A stretch of 63,560 nucleotides of DNA, filler included, from Reclinomonas americana ATCC 50394 (lineage: Eukaryota): the NCBI GenBank assembly GCA_048213135.1. It is 15 parts of 15 records of this genome, joined end to end, with 100 filler letters (N's around TTAATTAATTAA, not from the genome) between each part and the next. Parts side by side here need not be neighbours in the genome. Positions count along the whole stretch, not along the records: positions 1 to 7,163 come from AFZH01018843.1; positions 7,264 to 12,516 come from AFZH01018845.1; 13 more parts are not named here. One strand, 5' to 3'. The stretch's first letter is position 1; every line of letters starts with the position of its first letter. The translations under genes and the position numbers were made by a program. Below, one piece after another: positions 1-9,894 of this stretch. Below the pieces are notes generated by a model, which searched no databases, was not told where the DNA came from, and saw nothing but the letters and a program-made list of their open reading frames with translations.

Positions 1-198
1 TGGAGGAGGTGGCGGAGGAGGAGGAGGAGGAGGAGGGCGTATAGTGCTCAGCAACGCCACCAGCGCCGACAACCCGCTGGCCACCAACGCGCACATGACG
101 GCGCCGCACCCGATGCGAGTGGGCCGACGAAGAATGTAACTCCGCCAGTCAGAGAAGGGTCTCTTCTGTTCGCGATAGGATAACAGCGTGTCAAACGC

Positions 199-280
199 GC
201 GTCGGTGGCCGAGTGGTCTAAGGCGTCCGACTCAAGTTCGGATCTAGCGATAGGCATGGGTTCGAATCCCATCCGACGCA
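199..280 (+). tRNA. tRNA-Leu (anticodon CAA), long variable arm, no intron
   Basis: Acceptor stem GCGTCGG/CCGACGC plus discriminator A; D-arm TGGCCGAGTGGTCTAAGGC; anticodon arm TCCGA-CTCAAGT-TCGGA (CAA at 233-235); T-loop GGTTCGAATCC. Confidence 0.97.
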
Positions 281-284
281 ATCA

Positions 285-306
285 TTTTTTTGCTTTTTTT
301 CTTTTT
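285..306 (+). terminator. RNA polymerase III oligo-T terminator
   Basis: T7 run 4 nt after the tRNA 3' end, followed by more T tracts. Confidence 0.85.
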
Positions 307-308
307 GC

Positions 309-2113
309 ATGTGCGTGTGCGACAGTCCCGATGCCACGGACTGGATTCGCACTGTCTTTGGGCAGTGTGTGTTGCGTGCAACATCTTGCCATGATGTGAG
401 GGGAAAGAGAGTCCCTCATCACTGACTGCGCAGCAACACTCCGCTGCAAATGTTTGCTTTCTGGCTCGGCCTGAGGTCTGCCACTGCGTGTGTTGCATGT
501 GCTGTTGTTGCCTTTTGCACTCACACACATGCACTCGCCATGTGCACAGCTCAATCGCAGTTGCGTTCTGTTCCACGAAGATGCGTGTGTGAGTGTGCTC
601 GAAATCCTCATGTGTGTGTGATCGCCGTGCAGATCTGGCTTGTCGCCACGTTGCCGTTGCGTGTGCTGTGCATCGATGCCCTCTCTCCACACACACATGC
701 CCTCAATCCACACGCACACACACACAGTCAGTTCATCAGCAACTATCGGCTGGGACGAGCCGAGCACTTGCATTGGCTGTTTCTTCTCCAGTGGTTGATG
801 GGCGACACGGCGAATTTTGTTGGAGCCCTGATCACACTACAGCTGGGCACGCAGGTACACACACACACATTGCGCTGTGTGAGTCTGGCAGGCAGTTGCT
901 GACTTCGTTGATGATAAGATCGCCACCGGTGCCTCGTTTGTGGCCACCGACTGCCTACTCATGACGCAGTTCCTGTATGTTGCGTGAGCTCGTCATGGTA
1001 CGTGTCCTCGTGTACGCGCTTATCCACTCGCAACGCAGTATCACTTCCGCGACAAGAGACGTCGGCAGCGCGAGGGCGAGTTGCTGCCGCTTCTGCATGG
1101 TCCCAGGTGTGCTCTGGTCGGCGCTTGTTGCGCTCTGCTTGCTTTCACACTGACCCTGTCGATGTTAGTCCGAATGAGACCGTCTCTGTGGAGCCGTCGG
1201 CGGTGGTGAATTCGATTCTGTTGCCACTGGTGCTCACCACCGGCGTGCTGTTCTCGGTGTTTCACGTGTTCCACGGCGCCGCGGAACTGCCGGTCAGCGA
1301 CGCGACTGGTGTCGGTCGGCGGCAGTTGCTCACGCTGGGCGATATGCCCAACAAGGCACGTGCATGACCACGAGAGATCGCGTGGTGCGTGCTTGCACTC
1401 ATTCTGTGCTTCATAGTGTGGTGACATTCCGGCTGGCGAGGAGTGGCGACGCATTCCGGGACTGGTGAGACTACGAGAAGAGTGAGAGAGCACACGTTGT
1501 TCGCCGACGTGCCATCCTCCCTCTCTGCAGATCATTGGCTGGTTCGCCGCCACATGCTCCATGCTCTCCCGCATTCCGCAGCTGGTCAAGAACGTTTCGT
1601 GCGCGCGCGTGTCGGTGTTGCTTGTCTCGCCGCAACGCTGTGCTGAATGCACATCGCATTCAATCGTAGGTGCGGCGCAAGTCGACCGAAGGCCTCGCAC
1701 CAATGCTCTTTGTGTTTGCCGTGTGCGGCAATGCGTTGCGTTTTGTCGCCCCAACTCACCACCTCCGCGCGCAAGCAGCCGCTCATCTTTCACGTCGTGC
1801 AGCACATACGCCGCCTCTGTATTCATCAATGGCTCGATTCTGAATTCGCTGCCGTGGCTGGCCGGCAGGTGTGCATGTGTGTTTTTTCGCGATCGGCACA
1901 CCTCTGCAGTGACTGATCAGGAGTTGTCGTGTGTGTGGCACGCGCAGTTGCATCCCCATGATGCTCGACTGTGTCATGCTGACACAGATCTGGTACTACA
2001 CCCGCCGGAACAAGCCGCCAAAGGTGCCGGATGTGGACGAGAGTATGCAGAGCATGGCGTCGTTCCAGCCGCAGTCATTGGCCGACGACGATACCGACAC
2101 GAAGCGGGATTGA
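309..2113 (+). CDS. PQ-loop lysosomal amino-acid transporter (PQLC2/Ypq-like), ~13 exons
   Basis: Spliced MCVCDSPDATDWIRTVFGQCV...GLSSIAIWLVATLPQFISNYR...WLMGDTANFVG; second repeat SRIPQLVKNVRRKSTEGLAPMLFVFAVCGNATYAAS...LPWLAG; two PQ motifs. Confidence 0.9.
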
Positions 2114-2730
2114 CACATAGTAGCTGCCGATGCCATCGGCGATTTATTAACAATTAATAATCGAACCTTGTAGTTGTACATCTACCGGGCATGTGCCCCA
2201 CCAAGTGCACGCGTGGTGACCCGGCGACGCCATGTCCAGCGGGAGTCTCCGGTCGACCGCACTGCACCGATCACTGTCTACGGTGGCGCGTTCATCGCTC
2301 TTTCGTGGCACCTGGCTCGTTCTCGTGAGTGCCCACCATCCTGCGGCCGTATTCATCGTTTTGGAGATCGAGAGTTTCCAATCTTGCAAGCAATGTGATA
2401 TTCGAACTTCGCTACTCTGTGTCGTTGTCTTCGTCGTCCGACAACTCTCTCCCTCCTCTCCACCGCCATCTACCACGCTTCTCTGCAACCGCAGGCGGTG
2501 AAACGCGCCAACTCGACCGAGACTTCGCGCGCAGGACAACCCCGTTCCCGCCAATTTTGTGATTGTCATTCACACGCGGAGACAGGGTCGGTGGTGTGCA
2601 CGTGGAGCAGTCCGCACCCTTCCCCTCGAGGAGCAGCACGTCTGGTTGTGTGCGCGCGTGTGTGCGTGTGTGCGTGTGTGTTGTGTGGTCGGTTTCCCCC
2701 ACGCACACACTCCACTTGCAACTGCACACA

Positions 2731-5700
2731 ATGAGTGAGCAAGAGAGCGTGCCGCCGCCGGAAGACGCCAGCTCACTGCAGTCATCGTCACCGCCACTGT
2801 CCTCGGTGGCAGTGCCCGCCGCCGCCGCTGGAGAGGCGATTGTTCGTGTCAACAGCAACAGCAGCAGCAGCAGTGGCAGCGATGAAGACGATGACGATGA
2901 GGAAGAGATGGTGGCGATGACCGCTTCACTCTCGCCCACCATGGTCAACGGAGCAGCTGCTGCCGCCGCAGCTGCCGCCGCCGCCGCCGCTCTGTCGGGG
3001 TCGACTGGCGACGATTCATCATCGACTCCATCCACAGCGACAACGACGTCCTCGGCGTCGTCGACTGCGGAGAGCTTCACGGGGTTCCGGCGGGTGAAGC
3101 TGTACCAGTTGGATGAGGACGGGCAGGTGTGTGCGCGTGGTGGGGCTTGTGCATGTCAATGGCCATGTGCTCTCGGGACTCCTCACACACACGCGCACAC
3201 ACACACGCGCGCGCGCTTTCTCTCAGTCAATTGTGTGTGACATTTCGCTCTTGTCTCTGCGCTTGTGTTTGTGCGCTGGTGGTCGGGTGTGCGTGTGTGT
3301 GTGTGGGGAGGTGCTGTTGGGAGTGCGTGTGTGTGTCCGCGCCACTGCTGCGTCCCTCCAATCAACCCGTATCCGTCTTGTTCGATGTTGCCACACTCGC
3401 ACGCTCGCATCTGCGCTGTCTCGACTGCTGCACGCTGTTCTCTGTCTTGTCGGGGCGTGCAATCTGACGACTGTGCGCGTGTGTCTGTGTTCGCAGTGGG
3501 ATGACAAGGGAACTGGCCACGTGACGATCCGCGTGGGCGAGGTGCGTGCGGGGTGGGAAGCAGCAGGCGCAGAGACGCGGAGGGGCGTGGCACCACTGGC
3601 GACACAGACACACAGTGTCTATTCGCAGAGCACAGGGGGGAGAGGGGGAAGAGGGAGAGATAAGCATTCCACTTCCGCGTTCTCCGTCACATTGCATCGA
3701 GAAGGCGAGAAGTGAGGGAAAGCAACGAGCATCCCGCACCTTGGAGAATCTGTGTACGCTCTGTTTGTAATCCTTCTCGTCACTGTGCAAGCACACGGTG
3801 TATGTGTGTGTGCACCTATCGCTGCAATGGGTTTGCATGTGAATGTGTCGCATGTCTATGCTTGCTGCCTGTTGCCGTCGCCGCTGCGCCTGTGCATGCT
3901 GTTGGCAGTGTCCATGCTGTCGGCAGTCCTTGATTCTCTTTATTCCTTCACTCTCTTCTCGTTCCTCTTCACTGCGTCACATGTCGTTGTTCGATACTGA
4001 CCCATGTGCGCACACCAGACTCCTCGTGATGCCACGGTGGTCATGTCGCTGGAGACGACGGGAGAGTCGTTGTTCGAGGGCAAGGTGTCAGAGGAGGACA
4101 TTTACCAGCGACAAGGAGGTGGGTTGTACTCTCTACCCGACAGATGAGTGAGGGCGTTGCTGACGGAAACACGCAGAAACTCTCATTCTGTGGACGGATG
4201 CGGAATCGGGGATTGACCTGGCACTCAGTTTCCAGGAGGCGGAAGGCGCGCAAGAGATATGGCGTCAAATCAGGCAGATCCAGGGGCGACCCGATCTACG
4301 TTGCGCTTCTCATTGTTGTCGCTCGCTGCATGCTCTTGTACAGTCACTGAAACCTGTCGTGATTAGCAGCGGAGAGCACCGTCGAGGAGGTTTCCGAGTC
4401 CATCCTCCCAAAACCTGAAGTGGGCAACCTGGCCGAATTGGCGGAGACGCTGGCCTCGTTGCCCCCTTACCAAAAGGACGACGTGGCACAGCAGTTGCTC
4501 AATGAGGTGCGAGAGAGAGAGAGAGAAAACATCATGGCGCCGCGTTCTTTGCCGCTGTGTCCTTATTCTGTACTGTCACTGCTCTTGCATTCCGTCCACA
4601 GCAAGGGTACATGGCCAAGTTGATGGAGGTGTTCCACACGTGCGAGGACCTGGAGGATACCGCCGGTCTGATCCACCTGTACCAGGTGGCCAAATCAATG
4701 GGTGCGCGCGTCCGTGTATCTCGAGGCATGCCGTCGCTCGCTGGACTGACTTCTTATGTGCACAGTGATGCTGAACAATGCGCTTCTGGTGGAGATGTTG
4801 TTGGGCGAAGAGTTCGTGCTGGATGTGATGGGAATTCTCGAATGTGAGTCTGTTTCCTTCCTTCCTTCCCTGTTGCACTGCATGGTGATTGACGCCACCG
4901 CAGATGATCCCGAGAGACCGGGCGGTCGCAAGGCGTCGTACAGGGAGTTTCTGACGCAGCAAGCCGCATTCAAAGAGGTTGGACAGAGTCGTGTTATCTT
5001 TCGCGAAATCACTGCGAAGTTCTCACTCGCCCACGCAGGTCATCCCCTTCAAGGACCCAGAAGTAATCACCAAGATCCACATGAATTTCCGTATCAACTA
5101 CCTCAAGGATGTGGTGTTGGCACGTGTGCTGGACGACACCACCTTCAACCTGCTGGGCAGCATTGTGTTTTACAACAACCGCGACATTCTGGTGCACATT
5201 CACGAGGACACGCAGTGGCTGAACGAAGTGTGAGTAATGCCCGCTCATGCCTGTCGTTGCTCGGATGCTGATTGCAATCACCGCCAGGTTCAACGCTCTG
5301 CGATCACCTTCGACTGGACGCCAAGAATACGTGGATCTGATCATGCTGCTGCAAGAGCTGGTGAATCTGACCAAGACAGTGCAAGTGGCGCGCAGCGACT
5401 TGCTGAAGGCACTGTCGGAGCGCGGCCTCTTTGAGGTGCTCAGTACATCGCTCTCCGACGCCGCCGACGATGTGAGGCAAAGCACGTTGCGTTTCATCTC
5501 TTCCTCTTCTCGCTCTCTCTCTCTCTCTGTGTGCGATGAGAGAGTCTGACCCCGCGCTGTTGATGGACACTGCAGTGCCGACATTCTCCTAATCTGTGCA
5601 AATAATGAGGCGTCGATCCTGCGCTCGTTCGTGCTGCGGGAGCGGCCCGTCTATAATTTCTTCTCCTGCCTCGTGAGTCGACTATCTCTGGAACGCGACG

Positions 5701-7163
5701 TGGGGCTAATCTCGCAATACGTTGACATTATCCGCATGCTGCTGGACGCCGACTCCATGGCCATGGTGAGTGCATATTGCGCGTGATGCCACGAAGATCA
5801 TTGTTCGCTCATTCACTCGCTGCGTGGTCTGCAGACGGAGCGTGACGACTTCTTGAACATGTTCTACGAACGGTTCGCCGCCAAGCTGCTCGACTGCTTC
5901 AGGAAGAGCACGGCGGAAGACGAAGGTGCGCGCGTGTTGCAGATTATCATTTGGTGGCGAGAGTGCTGATTTCAACGGTGTGCTGAGCAGCGACTCGTGA
6001 GTCTCGTGAGAGGCTGAGCACGCTGCGCATCCACCTGTGCGACCTGCTGGCGTACTGCATCCAGGCGCACTCGTTCCGCAGTCGGAATTTTGTCATCAAG
6101 CACAATGTGCTGTCTCTGGTGCTGTCGCAAATCTCACTGCGAGACAAGCCTTTTGCCCTTGGTGCGTCATTGCGCGTGTGTGAGAGATTCCACCAGTGTC
6201 GCTCACTCTTGCTCCACACAGCGGGCATTCGGCTGTTCCGTTCATGGATTGGATTGAAGGATCCGACGTGTGCGCGGCACGTGTTCCGCAACGACCTCTT
6301 CGACCCGATTGTGGCGGTGTTTGTGGCCAATGGTCCCAAGTACAATCTCCTCAACTCGGCAATCATCGAGCTGTTTGAGTTTGTGCGAAAGGTGAGTCTC
6401 ACCGTGACCCTGGCTGCCGCGAGTTGTTTGGCTAAAGTTGTGGTGGTGGCGCTGCAGGAGAATGCGAGGACGGTGGTGGAGTATGTGGTGGAGAAGCACA
6501 GAGCAGCATTCGAGGGCATCAAGTACGTCTCCACGTTCACGGATCTCATCCAAAAGTACGAGCAGACGCATGAGCACGCGACCGCTTCGGGGACCACGGT
6601 GCGTGAGAATCGCGCGCGACAATGTGAATCATCATCAGCCACTCACGGTTTTGCGTGCAGTTGTCGTCGCCCGTCAGTCCCTCCATGTCCGTCACGGCGC
6701 CGTCACTGTTGCGTCTGGCGAGAACACGCTACGACTTGAAGAGACTTCCCGACGACGATGAGGACGAGGCGTACCTGAACGACGAGGATGCGCCGGCGAC
6801 CGCAGCTGCCGACGAGACCTTGAGCCGGTTGAGCCAGTACAGTGGCGACGAGGATGCCGAGGGTGGCGGTGCTGGCAGCGGCGCAGCAGCAGCAGCAGCA
6901 GCGGCGGCTGCGGCTTCAGGCGAAACTTCCGAAAAGGGTCGTCGTGACGCTGATGGTGGAAAGGAGAATGTGCCAGTGTCGAGCGATGATGGTGCGTGAC
7001 TCGTGCGTGTGTTTGCACATTGCTTGCGTACTCATCGATCCGTGTGTGTCGTGCAGTGTCGTCACGTGTGCTGGGCAAGCGAGCACGGCACGCCGACTCG
7101 GACGATCTTGGCGACTCACTGTTGGCACTTGCGTCATCTTCGTCGGCCTCCTCCTCCACAACG
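2731..7163 (+). CDS. PPP4R3: PP4 regulatory subunit 3 (SMEK/Psy2/PP4R3); 3' end runs into the gap
   Basis: EVH1-like [48 protein letters not shown]...KIHMNFRINYLKDVVL; NGPKYNLLNSAIIELFEFVRKEN. Confidence 0.93.
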
Positions 7164-7263
7164 NNNNNNNNNNNNNNNNNNNNNNNNNNNNNNNNNNNNN
7201 NNNNNNNTTAATTAATTAANNNNNNNNNNNNNNNNNNNNNNNNNNNNNNNNNNNNNNNNNNNN
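7164..7263. other. Artificial contig linker, first of 14 (others start at 12517, 16282, 24563, 28279, 32015, 40003, 42311, 44911, 48963, 52244, 55146, 59332, 60690)
   Basis: Identical N44-TTAATTAATTAA-N44 cassette with stops in all frames. Confidence 0.98.
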
Positions 7264-7329
7264 CTCCTCCTCCTCCTCCTGTTGTCAAACCGTCTGTGTG
7301 CCACTGGTGAGACTGATCTCTCGATGCAG

Positions 7330-7879
7330 GAGTACCCACCGGGTGCCGAGGTGCTGCCACTGATTTACCTGTTCACCGAGTTGTCGACTCCGTTCGTCAA
7401 CTTCCGCTACTGGTTGCTGGAGACAGACATGAAGGAATCGATGCTCTACATTGTCAATGTTGCGTCTTTTGTCCGTCGTATATCTCCCTTTGTGTGGGGA
7501 GAGACTGACGGCGGCACCGGGAGCAGGGCATTGCGATGGCGACTGCATTCTTTGTGTTCCGCATTCTCGTCATTCCCAAGCAGCTGGAGTTCTCCTGGTG
7601 GATCGCCGATCGCATTGCAAACGAGATTGGCTTGTGGCCTGGTGCGGGAACAAATGGCATCCTCTGCTTTCTTGTCGTTCGCTCGTCCTCACTGTGCGTT
7701 TTTTTCGCTGCGCAGCGTTTTGTATGAGTTTTGGTATGCTGGCTGGTGGCTGTCTGAACATCTTCTGGATGGCACTCATCGTCAAGGGCTTTGTGGAGCG
7801 CTTTGTCACCAAGGGCGAGGAAACCACTGAGTTTGAGAAGCTGAAGGACAGGAATGCGGCCAAGCTGCGCACCGAGTAA
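7330..7879 (+). CDS. TLC-domain membrane protein (TMEM56/TLCD4-like), 3' part
   Basis: TELSTPFVNFRYWL, LYIVNGIAMATAFFVFRI, LNIFWMALIVKG. Confidence 0.85.
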
Positions 7880-7921
7880 CTACGTAACACCCCTATTGTA
7901 TTTTTCAGTCATGTTTTACGA

Positions 7922-9835
7922 TTATTCATCCCCGCCGCCACCTCCGCCATCCTCCTGTTCTCCTCCGTTTTCCTCACCACTTTCGTCGCCGTCTTCACTG
8001 CCGTCGCCGTGAGTGGACACGGACGATGACGACGACGATGATGACGGCGATGGTGGTTGATCGTCGTCGTCATCGGCACTCTGCCTGCATTGCAATCGAT
8101 GCCGTTGCAGCACACTCGTGTCAGCAGGCATGGATGGTATGCGGTGCAGCAGTTCTCGGCGGCACGCTCACGCAACACTTGCTGCACCGTCACATTGAGG
8201 AGGTACTCGGAGAGCTGTCGTCGCTTCTCCAGCACCTCATCAATGCTGCGACTGGCAAACACGCCTAGCGGACCACGTGCCAGGAATGCAGGTGGCAGGA
8301 GTGCTAGTTGTGGTTCATCCAACACCTCTGCCAACTTGCGCAACACCTGTGTGGTGCGAGTGGGCACATGCATGATTTGATGTAAGGACACTCCCTGTGA
8401 CGCAACGGCAGCTCCATTCGGCAGCGACCCGTTCCCTGGATGCAACGTGAGCACATAGCCGGCGAGTTCGCGTCGCCGAGCCTCGCTCTCATCGACCGGT
8501 GGCGGCAACGCCTCGGCAATGTCCGCTGCGCCAACCACAAAATCAGATCTCCTCCATTCCTCTCCAGCCACATCGCGGTCAGCACGCACCCTCGTATCCC
8601 ATCTGCTTGGCCACGGTGGCCACCACATCAAACGTCATCCGATGCGTCTTGCTCCACATCGACTGCAGCCATTCAAACTCAGTAATGGTGGCATCCGATA
8701 TGGTTACCGGAACGCCGGCGGCCTCCAACCGCTGTCGCATGGCTTCGCACTGCTCCGCCGGCCCCACATGCAAACGCACCCGACCGGTTCCGCGCGCGTA
8801 CCAGAACAGCTGTTCGTGACAAGTGAGAGGAAGAACAAACAACAAAGTTGGCATTCTCGCCTCCTCCCCCACTTCACGAACCACATCGGCCTGGGCAAAC
8901 GACGGCCATCGCAGCACCGCCCGCAACGCCGTCACCGTCTCCCGATTCAGTTCTCGCAGTGTATCAGCGTCGTCCACATTGGAGCGCCCATCCATCCACA
9001 CGCACTTGTACTCGGCCGGAAACAACGACACATCCTCACAGGGCACATCTGCGATTCCCGTGAGGGAGATGGGAAGGGGAGCAGGAAACCTCCAAAAAAC
9101 GCTCACCAAGCTCCGCGCAGTGCGCGATCGCAGGCACGCCATATTGCCGCACGATGGCTGCTACGCGGAAGCATCCGAGCACCGACATGCTGACAACGCA
9201 GTCAGCACTCGCACAGACAGAAACAACCAGCAAGTGAGCGATCCGCGCAACGTTGTCACGCGGCAACACCCCAGCGCCTCTGCTCGACGAGCGTAGAAGA
9301 TGGTGTGCTCGTCAGGAATGTGGCACTCGACACGCAGAGCTTCCTGGACTGCGCGATTCTCAGCACGAGAGAGATCGAGAACCGAGAATGGAGAGCCCCG
9401 ATCAGACAACACACACACACACCATCACCAATGTTGACGGCCTCACAGTTCACCAACAGCACGTGACAAGTGAGTCCTAACCAGCGTACACACCGTCAGT
9501 GAACAAGAGAGAGAGAGAGAGGAAGAAGAGCGCACGCAACTCAATGCTCGTGCAACGTTCTTCGGATGTACTCTTCGCCCCGTGCCGAGCACACCAAACC
9601 CAAAGTGCGAGCGACACAGGTGCTCCCAACACACTGGCAGCTGCTCGCACGCACACGCACACACAAGGAAACCTCAGCAAGTTGTCACAAGCGCGTCACT
9701 GCAGACATCAATCACCTCTGCAGCCTCATGCCACTGCCGACACGTGCACAGCACAGACGAGTACAGGTCGCGAATGGATAGCCATGAGAAGCACTCGGCC
9801 CAGAGCTCAGCAGGCAGCCGCATCTCGCTGCTCAT
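7922..9835 (-). CDS. F-box protein with possible ClpS-like middle domain and PX-like C-terminal motifs
   Basis: N-terminus MSSEMRLPAELWAECFSWLSIRDLYSSVLCTCRQWHEAAE...VCWEHLC is a typical F-box; downstream domains tentative; 3' end approximate. Confidence 0.75.
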
Positions 9836-9894
9836 CACTCACTCACTCACTTATGTGACGAACCGATGAAAAGCCTCACACCTCATTTTCGTTC

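Noticed and set aside
7208..7219. Recurrent palindrome TTAATTAATTAA
   Set aside because: Assembly linker embedded in N runs, not biological.
7656..7715. GC donor in the TLC gene
   Set aside because: An upstream canonical G|GTGCGG donor at 7642 gives the same phase.
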